Shown: positions 17,520 through 33,128, numbered from the stretch's first letter. The stretch is DNA of 64,000 nucleotides from an uncultured Gemmatimonadaceae bacterium (GCA_963761305.1 CAVXGK010000002.1:1376001-1440000); one strand, 5' to 3'. Program-made: numbers and translations. Notes: generated from the sequence alone by a model not told the origin.

Positions 17520-20500
17520 CTACGGCTCGTTGCACTGATGAGGAATGGTTGGCGTGGGATCGCCGTCGACGTCGTCGTTGCGACGCTTCAAGTACTCGAT
17601 GATGGCGAGACGCTCGTTCGGCCGAAGGAACCGACCCACGTACCCCGGGGCATACTTGCCGCTATCGCGCGCAGCGGTGTAGGCGCTGTCGAAGAGGTGG
17701 CCCCGGTTGCCGTTTCCGGGCTTGGCGGTGTCGAACGTCCAGTAGCCCTTCACGCTGCGGTTCAGGCCAAGGCTATCCGGATCGTATTCGCGGCTGCCCA
17801 TGGGGAAGGTCACGGGACGTTCCTTGTAGGGTGACAGCAGGAAATAGATGCTCGGCACCGAGCCGTTGTGGAGGAACGGCGGCGTCGCCCAGATCCCTTG
17901 CAGCGGGCGCGACTTGTAGGCCCGAATGATCTGCGGTCTGTCGAGCGCGCCGAAGCCGTCGAGCTCCGCACGCTGCGCCGCGGTCAGCTTAGCGTCGTTG
18001 TATGCTTGATTGCGAATCATCGAGCCCAGGTAGCTGAGCGCCTGGCCCACACTGAGGTTCGTCGGATCGATCTGCGATAGCGTCTGCTCCTCCGAGCTGC
18101 GCAGCGTCGCCAGCGCCTGCTGGCTGGATTGGAGCTGTGCGAGCGACGCCGAGTCCTTGAGAGGCGTGAGACGCTTGATTTCATTCGCCAGCCATATGGA
18201 ATCGCGCTGGATCCATTGCTCGGACGTCGACCGCGCAACCTGACGAAGCTCTGCGGCGGTCATGCCGGTCTTCGAGACGTCGACGCGCGCACGCGCGAAG
18301 TTTGCGGCGGCCATCGAATCGGTGCCGACGTCGCTCGCGCAGAGCGTTGCGACGATCCACTCGGGCTGGTTCGACGGCTTGAGCGGCTGGTCGCGCAGCT
18401 TGATTCCCGCCGGCGCGATGTGCGGTCCGTGGCAACTCTGGCAGTTCTCCTTGAACAGCGCCTGTCCGCTGTCGGCACGCGTCTGATCGATCGGCCCGAA
18501 CAAGTCCGCCGGCCATTCAGGCGGCGTGAGCCGGCGCAGCGTCTGTTCGATCGTGGTGAGGCTGTCGATGAGCGCCGTCGACCGGAAACGCTGCGCGAGC
18601 GGCAACGGATTGCCGTACCGGTCGGCGAGCGTGTAGTTGGCGCCCACGCCCATCGCTTCACCCATGTTTCGCGCCATCGGTTGGCTGACCGAGGCGTTGT
18701 ACTGCACCCAGTCGAATTTCCAGATGTTCCAGAGCGACGGGTAGCTGACCGGCGCGTTTCCGACCTTGTAGTTCTTGGCGACGCCGAGATTCTCGCCGAA
18801 CACAGTGTTGCCAATGCGCGCCAGCGCGTCGGTGCGTCCGTACCCCTCCTGCGTCGGCGAGAGCCCGTGCCACTTTTCGTAGATGCCGATGCCAAAGAGG
18901 TTGAACCCGACCGATGCGAGCTGGCTGTACAGCTCGGATTTCCCCTGGGGATATCCGGCGCCGAGCACCCGCCGCGAGAACCGGTCGAACTTCACGGGAT
19001 CGAGCGCCGTCGCGAGCATCGACGTCGTCAGCGTGATGAGGAACTCGCCGACGTTGGCGTCGGTGAATGCGTGATTCGCCTGGCCGCCGTCGATGCGCAG
19101 CGCGCGCGTCACGTTGTTCTTCGTGATCTCGAGCTGCCCGGTGTGACACGTCGCGCAGGTGACGTCGAGGAGTTCCTCGTGCAGATCGGAGTCGAAATGC
19201 TTCGTGAATCCAACCGGCATCTGATCGGGATTCCGCGGGGTCGGCTGATCGACGAGGAATCCAAACCGCCGCATCTGCTCCGCATCAGCGATCCGCGTCG
19301 TGCCCCACGGCATCTCGAGATTCGCGAACCAGCTGTAGCGAACGTCCTTGAGCCCCGCCCCCTGCGGCGTGTAGTAGAACGTCTGCCGGTCCGCGGCCTC
19401 GAGCCCGTCGCCCCACCCCTTGTTGCGATACAGCACCTCGCTCACCGCGTTCTCCGGCAACTGCCCGTAGTGCGTCTCGACGACGAGCATCGTGCCGAGG
19501 ATCGCCGCGCCCGCGGTGACGATCAGCGCGACGGCGAGCACCGCGGCGTAGCGGCCGAGTGCGCGGAGCTTTACATCGCCAAGCGACTTTCGCTTGGCCC
19601 GAGCCGCTGCCGGCAACGGCGCGCCGCCCCGTACTTCCGCGAGCTCGTTGTGGTGGACGACGGCTTTCGAACCCTTGAGCCCGAGCCGCGCCTTGCGGCT
19701 CGCCGACTCGCCGAACCACCGCGCGCGGTTGATGCTGCCGAGCGGATGTGATTCAGCGGTGGAATGCTCCGTGACGTCGATGTACTCCTGCCGCGCGTCG
19801 TCATCCGACAACACCGAATCGCGGACCAGCTCGAGCCGCCCGACGATGTGGAACGGGGCCTGCCGCTCCGGCCATTCGACGCTCGAGTTCTCGACCCAAT
19901 AGATGTCGTCGCGCTGCTTGCGGCCGTCGCGCATGGCGTCCGAGTCGAGGAACTGAATCCCGAAGTCGAACTCGCTCATCCGCTTGTCGGTCTCGACGTG
20001 CCGAACCAGCTCGTCGCGCAGCATGTTGCGCTCGTGCTCGAGACGCGGCGCCGGATTGTCGTGACGCGAGTTGAGGCAATACTTCACGGCCTCGCTCGGT
20101 CCATGGCGGAACGGGACCCCGCTGAAATAGCGGAAGCGCTGATACGGATGCACCGAATTCTTGAACTGGGCATTCCCGCGCTTCTTCATCTTGCCGAGGC
20201 TCAGGAGCTCCGACCAGTTGAGCGTCGTGAGCGCCATGAGCTGCTGCCATTTCGTTCCCGCCTCGAGCACGCGCATGAGGATCGCGAACTCGTGCGCGTC
20301 GTTGATGGGGAACGTCGTGGCGTTGTTCAGCGCGAAGTCGTGCCGCTTGCCGTTCGGCAAATGCACCGCGAACGACACGGCGCGCACATCCGGCTCGTAG
20401 TCCGCATTGAAGGTCGACGCCGCGTTGGCGAACCGGATCGTCGCGTCATACGTGCCCGGGTTCGCGAACAGGTCCTGGCGAAGACGACCGCGCAGCACCG

Positions 20501-20758
20501 GATCCTCGATCTCCGCCTCGAGATCGAGCACCGTGAACGTGCCGCGCAGCACGATGCCCTTGGTATGCGTGCCACGCCCGAGCGGTCGATGCTGATCGTC
20601 GGCGAGGCGTTTCTGCGCATGCAGAATCCCCCGCACGATTTCCTGGATGTCCTCGTGCTCCGTCGGCAGCAGGCGCTCGAAGACCTTCATGTTCGCCGCG
20701 GGCTGCGGTGGGCGGTATGCAGCCCCTTGCTCGGCCGCCGACTTCGACTCGTGGACGC

Positions 20759-20762
<4 letters not shown>
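17520..20762 (-). CDS. Fusion of a catalase-related domain, a TM helix and a RoxA-like di-heme cytochrome c domain
   Basis: RGTHTKG, IRFAN, DFALNN, PLGSINRAR, then a TM helix, CATCH and CQSCH heme motifs, GRTDA, YKSRPLQGIWATPPFLHNGSVP, GNGNRGH. Start overlaps the kinase stop. Confidence 0.85.
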
Positions 20763-24177
<3,415 letters not shown>

Positions 24178-24181
<4 letters not shown>

Positions 24182-27100
24182 GTGCGAGCGGCGGGTGCGG
24201 AGAAGAGAGCGGGCCGGAGCGAGGGCAGCGAGAGCGCGGACGGCCGCGCAGCGTTCCACGCCTCGAGCGCTTGCATGGTCAACGGGTCCTTCGAGGTGAA
24301 CATCTGATCGACGGCGAAGAGGCCGAGCGCGCGATAGCTCTCGAGCTGATCCTCCCCGAAGAATTGATCGCTGGTGGATTCGTGCGGGAACGCGGGGTTG
24401 CTCGTCGCGTAGTTGAAGACGTCAGCCGGCTCTCGCCCGTAGAAGGCGGGCTTGATGTAGAACAAGAAGCCGTCGTGATCCGCGCCGCCCCCGTCGATCA
24501 CCGAGTAACGAATGTGCGCGACAGCCCAGTAGCGGCCGTCCGGCTTGTTCGGCGTGTTCGTATCCGCGCGAGGATAAATCGGAATCTCGCCGTCGAACTC
24601 GATCGGGACGCCGAAGTCGACGCGAATCTTTCGAATCGCGCCGCCCAGGTCGTCGAACGCACACGCCGGGTCGCTGCCGGCATCGGCGAGCACGATGAAC
24701 CGGCAGCGGCGGCGGACCATCTCGTAGAGTCCGAGATTCTCGAAGTGCCCGCCGTCGGACAGATACACGTACGGGCTGCGATCCGTCGTGCGACCGAACA
24801 TCTCGTCGAGAATCGGCAGCAGCGCGTACTTCGGCTCGTCGTTGTCGAACGTCTGCCGACCGGCCGGTCCCGGATTGCCCAGCCACCATCCGAGCCGTGC
24901 GTTGAACAGCGTCATCAGGAACGTCACCGCCGGCGACGAGTGATAGCCCATGTTCGGGCTCGCCGCCGCGCCGGAGATCGACATCGCGGTGCCTAGCGTG
25001 ACGCCGCGATCCGCGCCGTACAGCCGCTCGCCCGCCGCGCGCGTCGGTCGCGTGCGACGATAGCCGACGCCGGCGGATCCGGCGTGCATCGACGTGAACG
25101 TGAACGGCACGGCCTTGCGGCTCTGCGTCGCGAGATCGGTTCCCGCCACCGTGTTCAGCGTGACGTTCACGACGTGCAGCGGCGGATGGCTCGCGCGCTC
25201 TCGGTCCTCGGGTGCCTCGTGCGCCGCCGGCGGCCACAGCTCGCCGATCGGCAGGTCGTCGCGCTGGTCGAATCCGGTGAACGGATTCGGCTGTCGCTCG
25301 CCTGGCAGTCGCGATGCGCCGAGGAACGTGCGCACGAGACGCTCGCGATACATGGCGTGCAGCGAGAAGCGATTCGTGTCGATGCACCGCGCGAAGATCG
25401 TCGCCAGCGCAGCGAGTCCGAGCAGCCCGACCAGCACGACACCCGGCGATACATACGGCGTGTGCGACGTCATCCGCACCGCCGACGTGTAGTGCTCGAC
25501 GTTGCCCTCGAAGCACCAGCCGGTCGCCGAGCAAAGTCCGCTCAACAGCTGGGTGTCCAGCATCGCGACGAGCACGAGGACGATCACGGCGAACGTCGGC
25601 GTCGCAATGGCGACGACCGCCCCACGTAGCTTCGCGATCACTCCCGACACGCCACTCGTGCTCGATGCCGACGGAGACGAGCTCGCCGCACCCGATGCGA
25701 GCAGCCCGCTCAACCCACCGATCCCAATGAGATGCTTCAGCTTGATGGTCGCGCCGATCAGGAGGTGCGGGCCAAAGAGCGTGGTGCCAACGACTCCGGT
25801 CCACGCGACCAGCCCAATCAGCAGCCACGCACTGAATCGCGCGTTCGACTCGCGCTCGGCGTCCGTCATCGAGTGACTCGCGACACCCACGGCGAGCTGC
25901 GTCGCGATGAGCATTCCCGCGAGCGACGTCGGAACCGCGAACGTTGCATAGAACTCGGCGGAGTGCGTCCACGCGTCCAGTCCGAACAGCGCCATCGCCG
26001 AGGCCGCGCCGACGCCACCGGCGACGCCGCCGCACAGCAGGGCGAGGATCAACCCGGCCGCACGCGCGCTCAGCGAGCCGAGCTCCCCACCGCGCGCCGC
26101 GCGCCGAACGCTGAACACCCACGCGAGCACGTACACAGCGCCCCAGAAAACGATGCCGGCCGTGAAGGCCAGCGCTCGCGTGTTGAGCACGTTCGGATTG
26201 AGCGCGATCAGCGACGCCGCGGTTTTATTTGACGTGAGTGCCGAGGCTAGCGCACCCGTTGGATCGGCGTTCCCGAAATCCACCTGGATGAACGACCAGA
26301 CGAGCTGCCACATGTGCGTCAGCGTCGCGACCGCGACCATCAGCGGCACATAGCACCAGCCGATGAACTGCGGCATCGTCACCGGCGCTCTGAATCGCGT
26401 CTCGGATTCCGTGCGGCCGCTGTAGCTGTAAAGATTCCGCTGCACGAACGAGATGCCGATGACCGCTAGCACGATGCCGACGATGCCCTCGCCGGCCATG
26501 AGCCAGCCCGGATCCCAGCCCATCTGCTTCCACATGTGCAGCGACGTCGTGTAACACGACACGATGAAGCGGGGCAGCAGCAGCCCGGCCGCGAGCACGG
26601 GCAGCACGACCAGCCAGATCAGGAAGATGTTCCGCGCGATCGTCGCGATGACCGTCCACGTATCCGCGGAGAAGAACCCGAGCCGTGGCGCGAGATACGA
26701 GCTGTACGATCGAATGTGGCGGAGCGCCGACGGCTCCACGTCTCGCCGCGCGAAATCGTCCTTCGCCGCATCGCGCGGCTTGAGCTGTTCGTGCACACGC
26801 TCGACACCGTCGCGCTGCATCCACGCACTGAGCCAGCTTCCGGTGTAGCCGCCGCCGGAGACCGTCGACAGATACTCGAAGCGGCGCAGCCGCTCGTGCG
26901 TCGCGAGCCCCTGCACGATGCCGAGCGCGAACGAGGCGCTGCGGATGCCGCCGCCGGAGAAACAGAGCGCCGAGTGTCCGGCGGTCCGCATGCGCGCCGT
27001 GATCTCCAACATCCGCCGATCGAGCCGCGTGCGCAGGAACGGACTGAACGCGGTATCGGCCATCAGGCGGTTGCGAACGGGCACGCTGAGCTGCTCGAAC

Positions 27101-27423
27101 GTGCCGTCGTCGTGCTTCTCGAGAAAAAGGCGGACCGGAGAGAACTCCGGCACATTTCGGAGATCCGTCTCACCGACGACGAGCCTGTTCAACGCGGCGA
27201 CCGTGAGCGCGATCGACGCGGGACCGGCGGCAGGCGGGTCGCGTCGAAGCGCTTCGGTAATATCCGTCGTCAGCTCGGGCGACTCGCGCAGCACACAGCT
27301 GCCGAGGTCGCGCAGCGGATTGTTCGGCGACGACAGCACCAGCGCTCTCGCGAAGCCGATGAAGTCGACGACGTCATCCCCCTGAAACGCGACATCCGAC
27401 GACGGCGGCGTCCGCGGCTGCAC
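24178..27423 (-). CDS. Multi-TM patatin/cPLA2-like phospholipase
   Basis: ALCFSGGGIRSA oxyanion motif, YLSTVSGGG nucleophile, ISGAAASPNMG, YLSDGGHFENLG catalytic Asp, FPHEST.DQFF. Many TM helices lie between the catalytic halves. Confidence 0.88.
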
Positions 27424-27828
27424 TTCCCGGATGCAGCGCGAGATATTCTTCCTCGAGCACGGACGCGAGCGAGAGCACCTCGCTGTTCGGTTCTTGGCCG
27501 ATCAGCCGAAGTGCGCGGGAGATCCTTCCGAGGGTCGGCGTCGGCATCTCGGTGGTCCGCTCGAGTCATTGTCGCGCCGTCGCGTGGGCCGGGACGGCGG
27601 GTGGGAGCCCTAATGTGACATAGCGCACATGGGCACGCTAGGCGCCTTTCGGAATCGTGAGGCGGAATCCCCGACGCCAAAGCACGCCGCCGCGCGGCGT
27701 CGTCGGCTCCGGCACGAGCAAAGCCGCGGCAGCCGCGCCGCGCCTGGCATTGAATCGCTGCCGGGTCGACGCAGTATCGTTGAATAGGAGTTTGCTGTTC
27801 CACTCGCCCCGCGCAACAACGCGGAAAC

Positions 27829-29802
27829 TCACGGCGCTCGAGAGCTCTCGCCCGGATCGAATTCACGGGCCTCGATCACCGACGGATACCCACCGTTGGC
27901 GCCCAGACGAACCGATAGCAACACGTTGTACCGCCCCGGGAATCGCTGAGCGGCAAGGGTGTCTCGGTCGCCGAGGTCCCGAACGACGACGACGTCGGAT
28001 GGAAAGTCGAAGACGTCGTACCCGAACAGCGGCGCCATCGCCGGTTCGCCCCACCAGCGAAGGGAAATCGTGTCGCCAGGCGGTTGGGGAAGCGTGGAGC
28101 GAACGAAGACGAGGAGCTTCTGGTGATCGACGCGCAACCGCTCGACGACGGTTTGCGACGCGGTCAACCGAGTGTAGTCCCGTCGACGTGACCGGATGTC
28201 GGAGGCGGCGTCGACGATCATCGTTGTCGCGAGCAGGCCCGCCAATACCGCGCCCGCGGTTCGGTGTCTGCGCGCCAGGCCGTGCAGGAGATACGCCGAG
28301 CCGACCAACGCAAAGGGAAGAATCTCGACGTAGAATCGATCGCTACCGCTGCTGTGATAGAAATAGAAGCCGTACGCGAGGGGCAGCACGACGAACGCGC
28401 CCAGGGGGCGCCAGCGCCAGCGCACGCCGGCGCGCCAGGCGGCGTAGGCAATCGGGACGATGAGGATGGTTGCTGAAAAGAAATCCGTCAGCCCGGCACG
28501 CACGGTCTCTCGAAGGTTCTTGACGGCGACCAGCGGGCCGAATTGGTACGCGTGTTCCACGGGAACGCCCATCGCCGCGTATTCGACGAAGCCCCGCATA
28601 CCGAAGCCCAGAGCGTGAAGCCCATGCTCGGCCACGTCATACCCGAAGCGCAAGGCGGATCCGGTTGTTTCGAGGTTGTAGTACAAGACGAAGACGACCG
28701 GGGCCACGGCCCCCGCGCACGCGGCGAGCGTCGTGGCGGTCGCCGCGCGGAGGGTCGGCCGCTCGCGCAGCAGCACCCAGAACCACAGCGTCGCGGCCAG
28801 CGCCAATCCGGTGAGCGGGCGAACGGCGACCGCGAAACCCAGCGTCAGCCCCGCGAGGGCCCACGCCCACGTGCGACGGCCGGGTGATGCCCCGACCCGG
28901 CCGACCATGAGGCTCGCGGCGATGAGCCCGAGCGCGGCCTCGAAAACGTGAGTGAAGAAGGTCGTCGAAAAGTCCAGGATGGGAGCGCTGGCCGTGACGA
29001 GCACCGCGGCCAGGAGGCCCACACGCGCCCCCGCGACGACTCGGCCAAACACGTAGGTCGTCCCGACCAGCAGCCCATACACGGCGAAGAGGAGAAGCCA
29101 GCTCGCCGACAGGCTCGACGCGATTGACAGCAATAACGGCCACCCCGGCGGATATTGGCCGTTGAAGTAGCCTGGCACATAGTAGGATTGGTTGATCAGA
29201 AAGAATGGGGCCAGGTCGCCTTCGAGCGGCCGCATGAAGGGCGGGTGCAGGACGTACCGGGACTGAATCAGGTACAGCACCTCGTCCAGAATGATCGGAT
29301 GGTGGCCAGGCGGACGGGCAACGACCCAGGCCGCCGTCGCCAGCACCAGCCACGACGCCGTGAGCCATTTGGCAACGACTCCGGGCGCCGACGACGGCTG
29401 GGGATCCCATCGCAGGACCGCGAGCGGCACGCTCCATCCCGCGAGCAGCAGAATCGCCACCTTGCTCACGTCGTATAGCGAAGGACCGCTCAAAGCGAGG
29501 ACAACGCAAACCGGTATTCCGAAGAAGGCCGCCAGCTGAAATCGCTCTCGTGGGCCGGACGCTCGCCAAGTGGGGAGCGCCAGGTAGGCGTCGATGCCTG
29601 CCGCGATGAAGAGGACCCACCTGACTCGAAGCACATCGAGGTGAAGCAGCGGGACGACGGCGAACTGCGCGATCGCCAAGAGGGCGACAGCCGCGTAGCT
29701 GCGCTTGTTGGGCAACCCCACGCTCGGACTCGACTTGAAAGGCGACGGCCAAACGTATGAGTCGGGGTTTGCGATCGGCAGGGTCAACTCGGGTTCGTGC
29801 AT
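27829..29802 (-). CDS. GT-C fold membrane glycosyltransferase (ArnT/PMT family 39-like)
   Basis: DEVLY, QYPPGWP, AVRP and many TM helices. Start position is uncertain. Confidence 0.75.
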   Translation of the reverse strand: MHEPELTLPIANPDSYVWPSPFKSSPSVGLPNKRSYAAVALLAIAQFAVVPLLHLDVLRVRWVLFIAAGIDAYLALPTWRASGPRERFQLAAFFGIPVCVVLALSGPSLYDVSKVAILLLAGWSVPLAVLRWDPQPSSAPGVVAKWLTASWLVLATAAWVVARPPGHHPIILDEVLYLIQSRYVLHPPFMRPLEGDLAPFFLINQSYYVPGYFNGQYPPGWPLLLSIASSLSASWLLLFAVYGLLVGTTYVFGRVVAGARVGLLAAVLVTASAPILDFSTTFFTHVFEAALGLIAASLMVGRVGASPGRRTWAWALAGLTLGFAVAVRPLTGLALAATLWFWVLLRERPTLRAATATTLAACAGAVAPVVFVLYYNLETTGSALRFGYDVAEHGLHALGFGMRGFVEYAAMGVPVEHAYQFGPLVAVKNLRETVRAGLTDFFSATILIVPIAYAAWRAGVRWRWRPLGAFVVLPLAYGFYFYHSSGSDRFYVEILPFALVGSAYLLHGLARRHRTAGAVLAGLLATTMIVDAASDIRSRRRDYTRLTASQTVVERLRVDHQKLLVFVRSTLPQPPGDTISLRWWGEPAMAPLFGYDVFDFPSDVVVVRDLGDRDTLAAQRFPGRYNVLLSVRLGANGGYPSVIEAREFDPGESSRAP

Positions 29803-29836
29803 GTGCAGGTATACGACGGTCCGCCCCATACATGGG

Positions 29837-30172
29837 CACATTCGACTTCGGCACGAGCACCTGAGACTCCGGCGGCGTCACTTGGCACTCTCGTGGGGAC
29901 ACTTCACGCCGGCGCTTGGCCCTCTGCCGCGCAAGCCGGGGCACCTCGCAATGAGCTCGCGGCACTTCGCAATGAGCTCGCGACACTTCGCAATGAGCTC
30001 GCGACACTTCGCAATGAGCTCGCGACACTTCGCAATGAGCTCGCGACACTTCGCAATGAGCTCGCGACACTTCGCAATGAGCTCGCGACACTTCGCGATG
30101 AGTTCGCGACACTTCGCGATGAGTTCGCGACACTCCGCGGTGAACGCGGGACACGCAGCAGTGAGCTTCGCA
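29837..30172. repeat. 21-bp tandem repeat array with degenerate flanks
   Basis: Six perfect CACTTCGCAATGAGCTCGCGA units at 29963-30088, variants at 29942, 30089 and 30110, and CAC recurring every 21 nt from 29837 to 30152 (except 29921). Confidence 0.95.
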
Positions 30173-30297
30173 TCCCGGCACATCTTCGTGGCTCCTTCTT
30201 CGTGTCGGGAAGCGGTGATCCTCATGAGACCCGCCACCGGAGTCAGCCGGGCTACGATTGGAAGGCGAGCGCTGTCGCTGTCGCTCCCTGACTTGCG

Positions 30298-33120
30298 GTG
30301 GGGGTTCATTTTTCGTTGCCGGTCGGGTCGATGTCGGCGATTCTTCCGTTGTTCATCGCCGCTGCGCGCGAGCGTAACCCGCAGTCCAACGAGCATCCTG
30401 TGCCCTCGACCGAGCGACGGCTCGTCTATATCATCGACGCGCCAGCGACGTGGCAAAGCGTGGGCATCGTTGCGGAGATCGCCACCGAGCACCGAAGGCT
30501 CGACGGATCGTGGGACCTCCCGACGTCGCTGCCGGCGTCGGCGTTCGAGCTGCGCGGCGCCGCGATCGACGCGACGCTCCGGCACGCCTGCGACGCCGAG
30601 CGCTGTCGCCTTCGAACCGCGGCCGACGAACGGCCGACGAAGTCCCTGCGCTGGGACGATGGGCCGCCGTGGCAGCTCCGGGTCCATGTGGCGCGCGAAG
30701 AGCCCGAGCACTACGTCATCACTGCCGGACTCCATCGCGGCGGTGTCGAAATGCCAATCACCGAGCCGGCACTCGTGCACTGGGAAGGATGGGTGATCGC
30801 GCGCGGCACGATCGCGCGCTTCGATTTCAACGGCGCGTTCGCGATCGCGGCACTCTTTCGCAACGCGGGCCACATCGCCGCAAGCCGCGAGGAGCTCTCG
30901 GATTTCCTCACCAGCTTCAACGCGCTCCCGCGTGTTCCGCCGATCGACCTTCCCCACGGCGTTCCAGTCACGGAGGTCCACGCTGCTCCCATACCGACGC
31001 TGAAAGTCCTACCGCCCGTACCTTCGGCCCGAAGAGTTCGTCGCTTGGCCACGGGCTTTCGGTACGGGCCGTTGGAAATCACTGGCGCCGAGCGAACGCC
31101 GACGGTGTACGACGCCGACACACGTACCGTGCACTATCGCGACTTCGCTGCCGAAGCCGCCGCGCGCGCGCGACTCGCGTCGCACCATGTCAAGCAGGAG
31201 TGGGGGGAGGGCGCCGACCTGGGCGAACACAGCCTGGTGATCCCCGCCCACAAACTGGGCACGCTCGTCGCCGATGTCGTGCGTGCCGGGTGGCTAGTCG
31301 ACGCAGGCGGCGCGGAGTATCGCAGTCCCGGACCGACACGGGCAATCGTGCGGTCGGGCATCGACTGGTTCGAGCTCGACGCCGGCGTGCAATTCGGGGA
31401 GGTTGAGGTCTCGCTCTCCGAGCTGCTCGAGGCGCGACGCGCAGGTGCGACGAGCATCCTCCTCCCCGACGGCGCCTTTGGTCTTCTCCCATTGGAATGG
31501 CTAGCCCGATTGGGGCCGCTCACCGCCGGCGGGAGGTCGGTCGGCGGAGTCATCCGCTACCGACCGTCGCAAGTCGCGTTGCTCGATGCGCTGCTGGGGG
31601 CCGTGCCCGAAGCGAGCGTCGACGCGACCTTCGAGAAGGCGCGCGCCGAGCTCCGTACCTTCGAGCAGGTGAGTGCCGTCGACGCCGGGCCGGACTTCGG
31701 CGGCACGCTGCGCGCCTATCAGCGCGAGGGCCTCGGCTGGTTGGACTTTCTCCACCGATTCGGCCTTGGTGGATGTCTCGCCGACGACATGGGCCTCGGG
31801 AAGACAGTGCAGGTCCTCGCGCTGCTCGATGCGGTGCGCGACTCGCCGGACGCGCCGCGGCGTCCGTCGATCGTCGTCGTTCCACGATCGCTCGTCTTCA
31901 ACTGGATCCGCGAGGCGGAGCGTTTCGCGCCACGACTCCGAGTGCTCGACTTCACGGGCAGCGCGCGCCGCCTCAGCGCGATCGATGCCGAGACGGTCGA
32001 CGTCGTCATCACGACGTACGGAACGCTGCGTCGCGACGCCGCCGCGCTCGCGGCGATTCGGTTCGACTACGCGATCCTCGACGAGGCCCAGGCGATCAAG
32101 AATCCCGACTCCGGAGCGGCCAAGGCGGCGCGGCTCCTCACCGCGAATCATCGCCTCGCGATGACGGGAACGCCGATCGAGAACCGCGTCGAAGAGCTCT
32201 GGAGCCTGTTCGAGTTCTTGAATCCCGGGATGCTCGGGTCGGCGTCCGGGTTTTCCGAGCTCGTCCGGCTGACCGAGATGGACGACTCGCCCTCGGGGGG
32301 GGGGCGGGCGGCGCCCTCGGCACCGCGCGACCTCCTCGCGCGGGCGCTTCGCCCCGTCATTCTGCGACGGACGAAGGAACAAGTCGCGCGGGACCTTCCG
32401 CCGCGCACCGAGCAGACGTTGAAGGTCGTGCTCCAGGGAGAGCAGCGCGCCTTCTACGACGGCCTGCTCGCGTCATACCGTCACAGCCTTCTCGAGCAGG
32501 TCGACCGCATGGGCATCGCGAAGGTCCGGATGCACGTGCTCGAGGCATTGCTGCGGCTGCGCCAGGCCGCTTGCCACGCGGCGCTCGTCGACCCGCGCAT
32601 GATCGACGCGCCGAGCGCGAAGCTCGACGCTCTGTTCCCGCGGCTGGAAGAGATCACCGAGCAAGGCCACAAGGCGCTCGTGTTCTCGCAATTCACATCC
32701 TTTCTCACGCTCGCTCGCGCTCGTCTGGACGCCGCCGGCATTCCATATGAGTACCTCGACGGGCAGGTGCGCGACCGGGAGGCGCGTGTCGATCGGTTCC
32801 AGTCGGATCCGGCCTGTCCACTCTTTCTCATCAGCCTCAAGGCCGGCGGCCACGGCCTCAATCTCACGGCGGCGGACTACGTCTTTCTCCTCGATCCCTG
32901 GTGGAATCCGGCGGTCGAGGCGCAGGCGATCGATCGCGCGCACCGGATCGGCCAGACGCGGAGCGTGCTCGCGACGCGGCTGGTGGCGCGCGATACCGTC
33001 GAGGAGAAGATCCTCGATCTCCAAGCGACGAAGCGCGCACTCGCGGACGCCATCCTGGGACGGGATCAGGGCGTGCTGGCGGGGATCGGCCGGGAAGAAT
33101 TGGAGGCGCTCCTCGCGTAG
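30298..33120 (+). CDS. SNF2-family DEAD/DEAH-box helicase
   Basis: LRAYQREG, LADDMGLGKT, ILDEAQAIKN, TGTPIEN, FSQF, SLKAGGHGLNLT, QAIDRAHRIGQ. Start position is uncertain. Confidence 0.92.
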   Translation: MGVHFSLPVGSMSAILPLFIAAARERNPQSNEHPVPSTERRLVYIIDAPATWQSVGIVAEIATEHRRLDGSWDLPTSLPASAFELRGAAIDATLRHACDAERCRLRTAADERPTKSLRWDDGPPWQLRVHVAREEPEHYVITAGLHRGGVEMPITEPALVHWEGWVIARGTIARFDFNGAFAIAALFRNAGHIAASREELSDFLTSFNALPRVPPIDLPHGVPVTEVHAAPIPTLKVLPPVPSARRVRRLATGFRYGPLEITGAERTPTVYDADTRTVHYRDFAAEAAARARLASHHVKQEWGEGADLGEHSLVIPAHKLGTLVADVVRAGWLVDAGGAEYRSPGPTRAIVRSGIDWFELDAGVQFGEVEVSLSELLEARRAGATSILLPDGAFGLLPLEWLARLGPLTAGGRSVGGVIRYRPSQVALLDALLGAVPEASVDATFEKARAELRTFEQVSAVDAGPDFGGTLRAYQREGLGWLDFLHRFGLGGCLADDMGLGKTVQVLALLDAVRDSPDAPRRPSIVVVPRSLVFNWIREAERFAPRLRVLDFTGSARRLSAIDAETVDVVITTYGTLRRDAAALAAIRFDYAILDEAQAIKNPDSGAAKAARLLTANHRLAMTGTPIENRVEELWSLFEFLNPGMLGSASGFSELVRLTEMDDSPSGGGRAAPSAPRDLLARALRPVILRRTKEQVARDLPPRTEQTLKVVLQGEQRAFYDGLLASYRHSLLEQVDRMGIAKVRMHVLEALLRLRQAACHAALVDPRMIDAPSAKLDALFPRLEEITEQGHKALVFSQFTSFLTLARARLDAAGIPYEYLDGQVRDREARVDRFQSDPACPLFLISLKAGGHGLNLTAADYVFLLDPWWNPAVEAQAIDRAHRIGQTRSVLATRLVARDTVEEKILDLQATKRALADAILGRDQGVLAGIGREELEALLA

Positions 33121-33128
33121 ACTTCAGC

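Noticed and set aside
27424..27828. Gene or ncRNA in the gap upstream of the phospholipase operon
   Set aside because: Only short Arg/Pro-rich ORFs and no convincing structure. It is probably a promoter region.
29942..30130. CRISPR array or a genuine coiled-coil gene
   Set aside because: It is a head-to-tail repeat without spacers. Five of six frames are open simply because the unit is 21 nt, so coding status is unsupported.
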